NCBI GenBank assembly: GCA_964035575.1
Contig: OZ037839.1
Coordinates: forward strand, 1,798,001-1,862,000
Length of the DNA stretch: 64,000 nt
Origin: Rhynchopus sp. YZ270_cl-10
Lineage: Eukaryota
Reading direction: 5' to 3'
Shown: piece by piece, positions 1 to 10,972 of the stretch
Layout: the number at the start of each line of letters is the position of its first letter
Numbering within the stretch: the stretch's first letter is position 1
The notes under the pieces: model-generated
The model's database searches: none
Told to the model about the DNA's origin: nothing
What the model saw: the letters and a program-made list of their open reading frames with translations, nothing else
Program-made: the position numbers and the translations under genes

Positions 1-1965
1 GACGTACCAATATGTTAATAAACTTCGTGCCTTGGGTGAGACAGACATTTCCGAAGCGAGGTTGGCGACTGGGCGTACGGGATTAGTATCTTTTTTTCGA
101 GAGAACCCAAGAGCGGCCAGGTCCTGGACAAGTACGTTGTGCTTTTAGACCTACAAACTGTCTGGGGTGGTGGGACCTCGGGGCGAAGGGTGCTTCCCGG
201 GACCCCAATATCCTACCACAAGGAGCTCGAGTCGTGCATGGAATGCAGGGTACTCTGAGCCGATTACTTCCACAAAACTCCCAGATCCCAAGACCTCCAC
301 GGGGGGCAGGCCTCCACGGAAACCCGCGACCGCCGACACCTTAGCTCCGTACTGCCTCTGTCTGTAACCTGCCGGTCCCCCACCTACCTACGCTTTTTGT
401 GGTGTCTTTTTACGACGGTGGACCAAGGGGCTTTGCAGTGCAGTCAACGCCGACGGAGCGAGACTCGATTGTGACCGGGTGAAAAGGGAACCTTAGCCAG
501 CGCTAACCAGCGGCAGTTTTGACTCAGGGAGGAGTTTCTCACCGCAGACTGGCGACACACCCCCACTTTTTCGGGGTGGCTGCATTCCTCTTCGGAACGG
601 GGTGTTCCATCCTATTTTTAAAAACGTTTATCCGAAGCGAGGTTGGCGACTGTGAAGGATCCTGAGGTGGCTTCTCTGCTTCTTCAGGCGGAGGTTGCGA
701 CTGTTATTCCGTTCGACTTCTTGCGCGAAGCATCGTTTACGAGACTTGATCTCTCTGCTGTGTCTGGTGTGACGCGAATTGAGTACAACTTCCTCCAAGG
801 GTGTACGTCGGTGGAAACAGTTGACTTGTCGGGATTGTGCAACGTTACGCACATTGGGGACAAGTTTCTCCATCGGTGCCCATCGTTGAGAAGCCTTGAC
901 GTGTCAGGGTTCACTGCTGTGACGGTGATAGGGAACTCGTTCCTAGGAGGAAGTGGCGTCACAGAGCTTGACTTATCCGCGATGACGAGTGTGACGACGG
1001 TTGGTGGGCTCTTCCTCCAGAACTGCAGGTCGTTGGAAAGTCTTGACATCTCAGGATGGCGCAGAGTCACGCACATTGCGAACGACTTTCTCACGGACTG
1101 CACCTCGTTGGCAAGCATTGATTTGTCAGCTTTTTGCAGTGTCACGAAGATCGGCTCCGAATTTCTCCGCAACTGCACGTCGTTGACCACCATCAGCTTT
1201 TCAGGGATGACCAATGTGACGGACATTGGTAACAACTTTTGTAAGGACTGCACCTCGTTGGAAACCATTGACTTGACAGCATTGCACAGGGTTGTGAAGG
1301 TGGGGTACGGCTTTCTTACGAGGTGCACCTCGCTGGGAAGTATCGACCTTTCAGCTTTTGGGAGTGCGACAGACGTTGGGAACAGCTTTCTTTTTGACTG
1401 CTCATCATTGAAAACAGTTGATTTATCAGTGTTGCGCAGCATCACACGCATTGACGTATACTGGATGCAAGGGTGCTCCGCGTTGACAACAGCAGACTTA
1501 TCAGGACTGAGCAATGTTAAGAACATTAATGCACAGTTCCTGCAAGGGTGCACATCCTTGACCACGCTGGACATGTCAAGTATAGGCTGTGACACGATGA
1601 TCCAGCACTACTTCCTGCGCAACTGCAACGCACTCACAACAGTCGTCTTGCCAGGCAACATCGACATTGACGAGATGTCTCTCCCGAATGAAGCCCAAGA
1701 GAACAATGGCTATGGCGTCACGAAGACCTTCGATGCATGTGTGCGTGACATTTACGCAAGTTTTACGGAACAGTTCGGAGGTGTGCGGACAGAAGATCTG
1801 GTACGAACAGACGTGTCTGGAGATGCAAGACAATGTATTTCATTGAAAGCAGGACAAGAAGGAGAAGGTTTGATGCAAGCACAAGAGGACGAGGACAAGC
1901 AGGAACTGGACAAACAGGAGCATGACAAGCAAGGGCATTTGGAGTGCCGGAGACACGCAGAGTGA
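1..1965 (+). pseudogene. UBL-LRR family copy 1; 5' end outside window; interrupted by insertion at 72-631
   Basis: Bases 1-71 match the linker (YQYVNKLRALGETDISEARLAT); the frame resumes after 631 and runs through the LRRs to ...LECRRHAE stop at 1965. Confidence 0.85.
72..631 (+). mobile_element. Site-specific retro-type insertion (SINE-like or 5'-truncated non-LTR element)
   Basis: Flanked by direct repeat ccgaagcgaggttggcgactg (51-71, 632-652), single in intact copies; last ~55 nt nearly identical to 35668-35725. Confidence 0.8.
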
Positions 1966-2679
1966 CGCCGCCAGCTGCGCACTGCTCCGTCGAAGCTGTA
2001 CGACGCACACCCTCACAGGCCACTCCTCCCGCAAGCACTGCAGACAACAGAGCTGGAATCCAACTTTTCAGCCTCTTCCCCAATTTACCTTTCGCGCTTT
2101 TTTCCCTCCCCGTTTTAGAATCAACAGAGAGTGTACGTTAAGATTTCTTTCACTGTTTCATATCTCTAGCCTTTTGTGTCTCAGCACTTTACTTTTTCAA
2201 TATGCGGGTTTTCGAGGCGTTTTCGGGTTTTTTGGGGGGTTTCAAAAATAAAGAGAAAGGATGGATACGATGAACAAAGAGCAGGACGACAGCAAAATAG
2301 AGAACGGGGGTGTGTTTCATTTTTCTTGACTGTTTTTAGGTGACCAAACACTAGAAGCTTCAGTTTATCTGAATCTTTCTTTCCATGAAGCTGTGTACTG
2401 GAAACCCCTTTCACACTGCAACTAATTCCCCAACCGGACGCTGCATCACACAGGACTCATGACCCTTTGTCTCCAATGATCGTCGTTCTGCCCGTGACTG
2501 CACAGAGCTGACACACTCGTTGAGTGCCTCACAAAACCTCAAATTATTTCTCCCTTGCTTTTATTTGTCGTCTTCACACTTTATCATTGTTGTTGGGTTG
2601 GGAAATAGAAACGTTTCCCCCTTTCAAGCATGCTTAGGTTCAGCTTCGAATTATTTTCAGTTTCTCCCTCTGTTAACTA

Positions 2680-3288
2680 CCGGCCGCGTACATATTACGT
2701 CGCGTATTTATTACGGGGGGTACTTATTACGTCGCGTACTAATTAAGTCGCTTTTTGGGGGCCCGCAGGCACACCGTAAGGTGAAAAAAAGTGGGGGTAA
2801 TCATGTTGGAACACAGCTGGTGTGAGCACATCACTGGGGGGATACCACCAAACCCACACAATCCCGAAGTCATCGCAGCTCGTGTGAGCGAGGAGGAGAA
2901 CAAACCCAACACGCGGCGCGTGTAGACGGCACAGGGTAAGGTGGAAGAAATCGGTGAGAACTCTGCCACAGTGCGTCTAGCACCTCCGTATGCGCAAGAG
3001 GAGTGGGAAGTGCCAATAGTTCCTCAAATCCGCAATTTGAGCAATTCGTTCATATTTCAAGAAACATTTTAAAAAAGCTTTTGTTTGCATGTTGCAATCT
3101 CTTCCCAATGTAACCTTGTAAAGGGCCGAGGGCCAACACCAAGAGAAATGCCAGACATCCTTCCCACTCACCTTGTCCGTAGATTTTGTTTTTCTTCAAA
3201 AAATTAACTTATTACGTCGCGTACTAATTAAGTCGGTATTTGCCCTAACAGACTTAATTAGTACGCGACGTAATATGTACGCGGCCGG
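2680..3288. mobile_element. MITE with ~27 bp TIRs and TA duplication
   Basis: ta|ccggccgcgtacatattacgtcgcgta ... tacgcgacgtaatatgtacgcggccgg|ta; absent at the paralogous site near 6097. Confidence 0.85.
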
Positions 3289-3393
3289 TAGAGGCAAGTG
3301 GAATGAATAAGAAAGCTATTTTGTTGTATCTTGCCTCCCTCCTCCTCCTTCTCAACACTTACCCCACAACAGAGCAACACTTCACTCGAAACA

Positions 3394-4986
3394 ATGGAAC
3401 TGTGTGTGCAGGGATATGATGATGACACCAAATACGTGATTGAGGTGGGTGAGAACGACACAACGGAGACGATGCGGCAGAAGGTGGCGTCTGCAACAGG
3501 GTTGTGCGAAGACAGCTTCCACATGGGCTTCGGAGGGAAGGAGGAAGGAGAGGACATCACAGAACTGAGTGCTGGAGACACAGTCGTGTTGACGAAAACT
3601 ACTAAGTACGCATCTGTTGAAGCACTTCGTGCCTTGGGTGAGACAGACATTTCCGAAGCGAGGTTGGCGACTGTGAAGGATCCTGAGGTGGCTTCTCTGC
3701 TTCTTCAGGCGGAGGTTGCGACTGTTATTCCGAACCGGTTCTTGTCGGAAGCATCGTTTACGAGACTTGATCTCTCTGCTGTGTCTGGGGTGACGCGAAT
3801 TGAGCGTGGATTCCTCTACGGGTGTGCGTCGGTGGAAACCGTTGACTTGTCGGGATTGTGCAACGTTACACACATCAAGGGACTCTTTCTCTCTAGCTGC
3901 ACATCTTTGACAAGCCTCGACGTGTCAGGGTTCACTGGTGTGACGGTGATAGGGAACTCGTTCCTCAAAGAAAGTGGCGTCACAGAGCTTGACTTATCCG
4001 AGATGACGAGTGTGACGACGGTTGGTGACTACTTTCTCCACCGCTGCGAGTCGCTGAAAAGTCTTGACATCTCAGGATGGCGCAGAGTCACGCACATTCA
4101 GGAAGACTTCCTGTCGAGCTGCACCTCGTTGGCAACCATTGATTTGTCAGCTTTTTGCAGTGTCACAAAGATCGACTGCTGCTTTCTCACCTACTGCGAG
4201 TCGTTGACCACCATCAGCTTTTCAGGGATGACCAATGTGACGGAAATTGCGTATGACTTTTGTAGGGGTTGCAAATCGTTGGAAACGATTGACTTGACAG
4301 CACTGCACAGGGTTGTGAAGGTGGGGTACGGCTTTCTTACGAGGTGCACCTCGCTGGGAAGTATCGACCTTTCAGCTTTTGGGAGTGCGACAGATGTTGG
4401 GTTCTACTTTCTTAGTAGCTGTTCATCATTGAAAACAGTTGATTTATCAGTGTTGCGCAGCATCACACACATTGAGCAAAACTGGATGCAAGGGTGCTCC
4501 GCGTTGACAACAGCAGACTTCTCAGGACTGAGCAATGTTAAGAACATTAGTGCACAGTTCCTGCAAGGGTGCACATCCTTGACCACGCTGGACATGTCAA
4601 GTATAGGCTGTGACACGATGATCCAGCACAACTTCCTGGACAACTGCAACGCACTCACAACAGTCGTCTTGCCAGGCAACATCGACATTCACGAGATGTC
4701 TCTCCCGAATGAAGCCCAAGAGAACCATGGCACTGGACTCACGAAGACCTTCGATGCATGTGTGCGTGACATTTACGCAAGGTTTACGGAACAGTTCGGA
4801 GGTGTGCGGACAGAAGATCTGGTACAAACAGACGTGTCTGGAGATGCAAGACAATGTATTGCATTGAGAGCAGGACAAGAAGGAGAAGGTTTGATGCAAG
4901 CACAAGAGGATGAGGACAAGCAGGAACTGGACAAACAGGAGCATGACAAGCAAGGGCATTTGGAGTGCCGGAGACACGCAGAGTGA
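3394..4986 (+). CDS. UBL + BspA-like LRR protein, copy 2 (530 aa)
   Basis: ATG in acaATG context; MELCVQGYDDDTKYVIEVGENDTTETMRQKVASATG...ELSAGDTVVL beta-grasp pattern; 26-aa repeats LxxIDLSxxxxVTxIGxxFLxxCTS. Confidence 0.9.
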   Translation: MELCVQGYDDDTKYVIEVGENDTTETMRQKVASATGLCEDSFHMGFGGKEEGEDITELSAGDTVVLTKTTKYASVEALRALGETDISEARLATVKDPEVASLLLQAEVATVIPNRFLSEASFTRLDLSAVSGVTRIERGFLYGCASVETVDLSGLCNVTHIKGLFLSSCTSLTSLDVSGFTGVTVIGNSFLKESGVTELDLSEMTSVTTVGDYFLHRCESLKSLDISGWRRVTHIQEDFLSSCTSLATIDLSAFCSVTKIDCCFLTYCESLTTISFSGMTNVTEIAYDFCRGCKSLETIDLTALHRVVKVGYGFLTRCTSLGSIDLSAFGSATDVGFYFLSSCSSLKTVDLSVLRSITHIEQNWMQGCSALTTADFSGLSNVKNISAQFLQGCTSLTTLDMSSIGCDTMIQHNFLDNCNALTTVVLPGNIDIHEMSLPNEAQENHGTGLTKTFDACVRDIYARFTEQFGGVRTEDLVQTDVSGDARQCIALRAGQEGEGLMQAQEDEDKQELDKQEHDKQGHLECRRHAE

Positions 4987-5221
4987 CGCCGCCAGCTGCG
5001 CACTGCTCCCTCGAAGCTGCACGACACACACCCTCACAGGCCACTCCTCCCGCAAGCACTGCAGACAAAGCTGGAATCCAACTTTTCAGCCTCTTCCCCA
5101 ATTTACCTTTCGCGCTTTTTTCCCTCCCCCGTTTTAGAATCAACAGAGAGTGTACGTTAAGATGTCTTTCACTGTTTCATATCTCTAGCCTTTTGTGTCT
5201 CAGCACTTCACTTTTTCAATA

Positions 5222-5797
5222 CTGGGTGATTCAGATTGTTGTTATAGTAACCTGGGGGTGTCTCCGAAAAAAGCAAATTTTATTTTTTAGTAACAAACAG
5301 TTTTCCGGTTTTGTTACCTGGTATCTTCTTCCTCCGGATTTTTATATTTTTTATTTTTACAAATAACAGTAACAGTTACCTGGACCTTCTTATAAAATGG
5401 CGCCGCAGGCGAAAAAAAAATCAGGGTACGGTGTAAAAATCTAGCTTTCACACTACCGAGTCACTCAACGAACGCGGAGCAAAAATGAAAAATGGCGCCG
5501 CAGGCAAAGGATTTTATGGTGCGATCAGTTACCCAGGGCCCTCCCGTGGTTCAACTACGGTTCTACCAGGAACTTTTTTTGACCCTCACCACCATCACCA
5601 CATGTCAGGCGAGAGGTGATGTTTTTTTTTCCAATTTTTATTTTACAGTTATCCGGGTTTGTTACCTGGGCCAGATACATTTTTATTTTAATTTTACAAA
5701 AGAATTATGTTGTTACCAAATGGTTGTTACCTGGGGGAAATTTTTGGGGGTAAAATAATTATTTAGTTTTATTTTAACAACTTTATAAATCACCCAG
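5222..5797. mobile_element. MITE with TIRs and TA duplication
   Basis: ta|ctgggtgatt ... aatcacccag|ta, interrupting the tttcaaTAtgcgggtttt motif that is continuous in the other 3' flanks. Confidence 0.8.
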
Positions 5798-6201
5798 TAT
5801 ACGGGTTTTTCGGGTCTTTTTGAGGGCTTCAAAAATAAAGAGAAAGGATGGATACGATGAACAAAGACCAGGACGACAGCAAAATAGAGAACGGGGGTGT
5901 GTTTCATTTTGTTTCACTGTTTCAAGGTGACCAAGCACGAGAGTCCTTCGTTCATCAATAATTATTTCTTCTTTGCTTTTATTCATCGTCTTCACGCTTT
6001 CATCATTGTTGTTGGGTTGGGAAATAAAAACGTTTGCCCCTTTCAAGCATAGTTTGGTACATCTTTACAATGTTTTCAATTTCTCCTTCTGTTAACTATG
6101 GGCCAGTGGAATGAATAAGAAAGCTATTTTGTTGTATCTTGCCTCCCTCCTCCTCCTTCTCAACACTTACCCCACAACAGAGCAACACTTCACTCGAAAC
6201 A

Positions 6202-7815
6202 ATGGAACTGTGTGTGCAGGGATATGATGATGACACCAAATTCGTGATTGAGGTGGGTGAGAAGGACACAACGGAGACGATGCGGCAGAAGGTGGCGTCT
6301 GCAACAGGGTTGTGCGAAGACAGCTTCCGCATGGGCTTCGGAGGGAAGGAGGAAGGAGAGGACATCACAGAACTGAGTGCTGGAGACACAGTCGTGTTGA
6401 CGAAAACTACTAAGTACCAATCTGTTGAAGCACTTCGTGCCTTGGGTGAGACAGACATTTCCGAAGCGAGGTTGGCGACTGTGAAGGATCCTGAGGTGGC
6501 TTCTCTGCTTCTTCAGGCGGAGGTTGCGACTGTTATTCCGAACTTCTTCTTATGCGAAGCATCGTTTACGAGACTTGATCTCTCTGCTGTGTCTGGTGTG
6601 ACACGGATTCAGCAACGCTTCCTCTCCAGGTGTGCGTCGGTGGAAACCGTTGACTTGTCGGGATTGTGCAACGTTACGCACATCGGGCATGAATGTTTCT
6701 ATGCCTGCACATCGTTGACAAGCCTTGACGTGTCAGGGTTCACTGGTGTGACGGTGATAGGGAACACGTTCCTAGGAGGAAGTGGCGTCACAAAGCTTGA
6801 CTTATCCGCGATGACGAGTGTGACGAAGGTTGGGAGGCGCTTCCTCTCCCACTGCGAATCGTTGGAAACTCTCGACATCTCAGGATGGCGCAGAGTCACG
6901 CACATTGAAGACGGCTTCCTCAAGAACTGCACCTCGTTGGCAACCATTGATTTATCAGCTTTTTGCAGTGTCACGAAGATCGGCTCCGACTTTCTCTCCA
7001 ACTGCTGGTCGTTAACCACCATCAGCTTTTCAGGGATGACCAATGTGACGGACATTGGGAACAGCTTTTGTGTGGACTGCACCTCGTTGGAAACGATTGA
7101 CTTGACAGCACTGCACAGGGTTGTGAAGGTGGGTTACGGCTTTCTTACGAGGTGCAACTCGCTGACAAGTATCGACCTCTCAGCTTTTGGGATTGTCAGA
7201 GACATTGGTGTCTGCTTTCTTATTCACTGTTCATCATTGAAAACAGTTGATTTATCAGTGTTGCGCAGCATCACACACATTGAGCAAAACTGGATGCAAG
7301 GGTGCTCCGCGTTGACAACAGCAGACTTCTCAGGACTGAGCAATGTTAAGAACATTAGTGCACAGTTCCTGCAAGGGTGCACATCCTTGACCACGCTGGA
7401 CATGTCAGGTATAGGCTGTGACACAAGGATCCAGCACAACTTTCTGGACAACTGCAACGCACTCACAACAGTCGTCTTGCCAGGCAACATCGACATTCAC
7501 GAGATGTCTCTCCCGAATGAAGCCCAAAAGAACCATGGCACTGGACTCACGAAGCTTGCATGTGTGCGTGACATTTACGCAAGGTTTACGGAACAGTTCG
7601 GAGGTGTGCGGACAGAAGATCTAGTACGAACAGACGTGTCTGGAGATGTAAGACAATGTATTGCATTGAAAGCAGGACAAGAAGGAGAAGGTTTGATGCA
7701 AGCACAAGAGGACGAGGACAAGCAGGAACTGGACAAACAGGAGCATGACAAGCAAGGGCATTTGGAGGGTTTGGGTCCGGGACAGGCTGCAGCGATGTTG
7801 TGTCGAGCACAGTGA
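6202..7815 (+). CDS. UBL-LRR copy 3 (537 aa), ends ...MLCRAQ
   Basis: Intact ORF with a framework near-identical to copy 2. Confidence 0.9.
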   Translation: MELCVQGYDDDTKFVIEVGEKDTTETMRQKVASATGLCEDSFRMGFGGKEEGEDITELSAGDTVVLTKTTKYQSVEALRALGETDISEARLATVKDPEVASLLLQAEVATVIPNFFLCEASFTRLDLSAVSGVTRIQQRFLSRCASVETVDLSGLCNVTHIGHECFYACTSLTSLDVSGFTGVTVIGNTFLGGSGVTKLDLSAMTSVTKVGRRFLSHCESLETLDISGWRRVTHIEDGFLKNCTSLATIDLSAFCSVTKIGSDFLSNCWSLTTISFSGMTNVTDIGNSFCVDCTSLETIDLTALHRVVKVGYGFLTRCNSLTSIDLSAFGIVRDIGVCFLIHCSSLKTVDLSVLRSITHIEQNWMQGCSALTTADFSGLSNVKNISAQFLQGCTSLTTLDMSGIGCDTRIQHNFLDNCNALTTVVLPGNIDIHEMSLPNEAQKNHGTGLTKLACVRDIYARFTEQFGGVRTEDLVRTDVSGDVRQCIALKAGQEGEGLMQAQEDEDKQELDKQEHDKQGHLEGLGPGQAAAMLCRAQ

Positions 7816-9087
7816 GGAACGGCCAGCAGAGGAAGTCAGTGGTTGAAGCCCGTCCGAAACACTTGCAGTGCGACCCACAGGAGGATTCCCGCAAGTGGTG
7901 GAGACACGGAGAGTGACGCCGCCAGCTGCGCACTGCGACCTCTAAACTGCACGAGAGAGGCTTAGGTTGATCCCATATGCATAATATTACATTTCAAGTG
8001 CAATACGCGTTCTTCGGATGTCACGAGTCTTACTGTTTCCCCTTCCCCCCTTTTGTGTGTCAGCACCTTACTTTTTCAATATGCGGGTTTGTCGGGTTTT
8101 CTCTTCGTGTTGTTTTCCTTATCAGTATTTTCTTTCCCTACGACCGTTGTGTTTGTGCCCAACCCCAGCCCCCTTTTGTTTTTGCAACCTACTGAATATA
8201 AGAAAGGGTATCTTATGTTTAACTTTTAGCTTTATCTAAAGACTCTGTACAGATGATACAATAGATAAACCCTTGGTACCAGGTGCTTGGTACATAAGAC
8301 GCCAGGTTCTATGATAAGCACGGAACCACCCTGCGCCTGTTTGTCATGTTGTTTCCCGTGCAATACACTCACCTACTAAGTCTCGAAAAATCTTTTTGAT
8401 AAAAAATGAACGAAGCACAAAAACCAGCGCGTGTGGAAGAAAAAAGAAAAGGGAAAATATTTTTTTCTGATTCAAAGTGGTGTTTATGTTTTGGGTACGG
8501 GGCGGAGAATAAAATCTGTTCGATAAAAGAAACGCAAGCTTTTTGTTTTATCTTTTTTAGTAGTTATATGTGGGAAATCTTTTATACAGGGGGAGTGTGC
8601 TATTTGGCCCCCCCAGTAATCTTTTGCAAACAGCAACACAAAAATGCCCCCTATTTTTTCTACTCAAAGAACTGGACACTCTGCTTTAGGTGTTTTTGTT
8701 TTGTGTGTTCTGTGTTGTTTTGCAGTGCCTGCGTCCGATGAACGGTGAGGCGTTTGCACTTTTGAACGTCTCTTTTGCACTCTGTTCTGCACTCTCTCGT
8801 CGATGCATGAATACAACATGAGTGTGTACTTTGTGTTCCCACTTAGAGTTCTCGTGATCCATGGGTTGGACAGTGCACTTTAGGTTCTCTTGGGGGCAGC
8901 GAAGTGTGCTTGTGTGTGGAGAAGCCAACTTTGCCCCCTTTCAAGTATGGTTAGGTTCGTCTTTACAGTATTTTCCATTTCTCTCTTCTCACAACCGGCA
9001 AGTGAAACAAATAAGAAAGCTATTTTGCTGCATCTCCTCCTCCTTCTCAACACCACCCCAAAACAGAGCAACACTTCACTCGAAACA

Positions 9088-10722
9088 ATGGAACTGTGTG
9101 TGCAGGGATATGATGATGACACCAAATTCGTGATTGAGGTGGGTGAGAAGGACACAACGGAGACGATGCGGCAGAAGGTGGCGTCTGCAACAGGGTTGTG
9201 CGAAGACAGCTTCCGCATGGGCTTCGGAGGGAAGGAGGAAGGAGAGGACATCACAGAACTGAGTGCTGGAGACACAGTCGTGTTGACGAAAACTACTAAG
9301 TACGAATCTGTTGAAGCACTTCGTGCCTTGGGTGAGACAGACATTTCCGAAGCGAGGTTGGCGACTGTGAAGGATCCTGAGGTGGCTTCTCTGCTTCTTC
9401 AGGCGGAGGTTGCGACTGTTATTCCGAACTTCTTCTTGCGCGAAGCATCGTTTACGAGACTTGATCTCTCTGCTGTGTCTGTTGTGACACGCATTCAGCA
9501 GCGCTTCCTCTACGGGTGTGCGTCGGTGGAAACCGTTGACTTGTCGGGATTGTGCAACGTTACGCACATCGGGAAATACTGTCTCTCTCGCTGCACATCC
9601 TTGAGAAGCCTTGACGTGTCAGGGTTCACTGGTGTGACGGTGATAGGGGAGTCTTTCCTCCCAGATAGTGGCATCACAGAGCTTGACTTATCCGCGATGA
9701 CGAGTGTGACGACCGTTGGTACGTACTTTCTTCTCAACTGCGAGTCGTTGGAAAGTCTCGACATCTCAGGATGGCGCAGAGTCACGCACATTGAGGAATG
9801 CTTCCTCACGAACTGCACCTCGTTGTCCAGCGTTGATTTGTCAGCTCTTTGCAGTGTCACGAAGATCGGCTCCGATTTTCTCATCAACTGCACGTCGTTG
9901 ACCACCATCAGCTTTTCAGGGATGACCAATGTGACGGAAATTGAGGACAACTTTTGTATGGACTGCACCTCGTTGGAAACGATTGACTTGACAGCACTGC
10001 ACAGGGTTGTGAAGGTGGGTTACGGCTTTCTTACGAGGTGCACCTCGCTGGGAAGTATCGACCTTTCAGCTTTTTGCAGTGCGACAGAAGTTGGGCACAG
10101 CTTTCTGTTGCAGTGCTCATCATTGCAAACAGTTGATTTATCAGTGTTGCGCAGCATCACACACATTGAGCAAAACTGGATGCAAAGGTGCTTCGCGTTG
10201 ACAACAGCAGACTTCTCAGGACTGAGCAATGTTAAGAGCATTAGTGCACAGTTCCTGCAAGGGTGCCTATCCTTGACCACGCTGGACATGTCAGGTATAG
10301 GCAGTGATACAAGGATCCAGCACAACTTTCTGGACAACTGCAACGCACTCACAACAGTCGTCTTGCCAGGCAACATCGACATTGACGAGATGTCTCTCCC
10401 GAATGAAGCCCAAAAGAACCATGGCACTGGACTCACGAAGACCTTCGATGCATGTGTGCGTGACATTTACGCAAGGTTTACGGAACAGTTCGGAGGTGTG
10501 CGGACAGAAGATCTGGTACGAACAGACGTGTCTGGAGATGCAAGACAATGTATTGCATTGAAAGCAGGACAAGAAGGAGAAGGAGTGACGCCGCCAGCTG
10601 CGCACTGCTCCCTCGAAGCTGCACGACGCACACCCTCACAGGCCACTCCTCCCGCAAGCACTGCAGACAACAGAGCTGGAATCGCTGCTGCACAGCGTAC
10701 TGGCAGCCCTACAATATCATGA
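9088..10722 (+). CDS. UBL-LRR copy 4 (544 aa), ends ...GSPTIS
   Basis: Intact ORF, same framework. Confidence 0.9.
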   Translation: MELCVQGYDDDTKFVIEVGEKDTTETMRQKVASATGLCEDSFRMGFGGKEEGEDITELSAGDTVVLTKTTKYESVEALRALGETDISEARLATVKDPEVASLLLQAEVATVIPNFFLREASFTRLDLSAVSVVTRIQQRFLYGCASVETVDLSGLCNVTHIGKYCLSRCTSLRSLDVSGFTGVTVIGESFLPDSGITELDLSAMTSVTTVGTYFLLNCESLESLDISGWRRVTHIEECFLTNCTSLSSVDLSALCSVTKIGSDFLINCTSLTTISFSGMTNVTEIEDNFCMDCTSLETIDLTALHRVVKVGYGFLTRCTSLGSIDLSAFCSATEVGHSFLLQCSSLQTVDLSVLRSITHIEQNWMQRCFALTTADFSGLSNVKSISAQFLQGCLSLTTLDMSGIGSDTRIQHNFLDNCNALTTVVLPGNIDIDEMSLPNEAQKNHGTGLTKTFDACVRDIYARFTEQFGGVRTEDLVRTDVSGDARQCIALKAGQEGEGVTPPAAHCSLEAARRTPSQATPPASTADNRAGIAAAQRTGSPTIS

Positions 10723-10777
10723 CATGTACGACAGTTTGTGTGGAGAGAGGCTTAGGTTGATCTCATAAACATTTCAA

Positions 10778-10972
10778 GTGCAATACGCGTTTTCGGATGT
10801 CACGAGTCTTACTGTTTCCCCTTCCCCCCTTTTGTGTCTCAGCACCTTACTTTTTCAATATGTGGGTTTTCGAGGGTTTTTTGGGGGTTTCAAAAATAGA
10901 GAGAAAGGATGGATACGATGAACAAAGAGCAGGACGACAGCAAAATAGAGAACGGGGGTGTGTTTCATTTTT
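10778..10972 (+). repeat. Diverged relic of YR-retrotransposon terminal repeats (A+B) in the LRR 3' flank; also at ~2165, 5185, 7998 (partial), 14172, 17830, 22514, 37302, 63755
   Basis: cgcgttttcggatgtcacgagtcttactgtttccccttcccccc...ggatggatacgatgaacaaa...gggggtgtgtttcatttt aligns with the reverse complement of 28602-28764 plus 24711-24772. Confidence 0.7.

Noticed and set aside
1..21. Possible fourth insertion junction before acttcgtgcc
   Set aside because: gtaccaatatgttaataaactt aligns without gaps to gtaccaatctgttgaagcactt; it is a substituted linker allele.
684..1595. Antisense ORFs over the LRR and other genes
   Set aside because: Shadow frames, broken at different places among paralogues.
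3730..4650. Diversity-generating retroelement (AAC to NNC) as the cause of hypervariability
   Set aside because: Many variable codons are NNC, but no template repeat or DGR-type RT is visible, synonymous framework adenines are largely invariant, and non-A positions also vary. Selection plus conversion explains the pattern more simply.
8890..9087. N-terminal extensions of LRR ORFs upstream of MELCVQG
   Set aside because: They start at non-ATG codons or are frameshifted between copies (compare 15897 with 32797) and span the pyrimidine tract.
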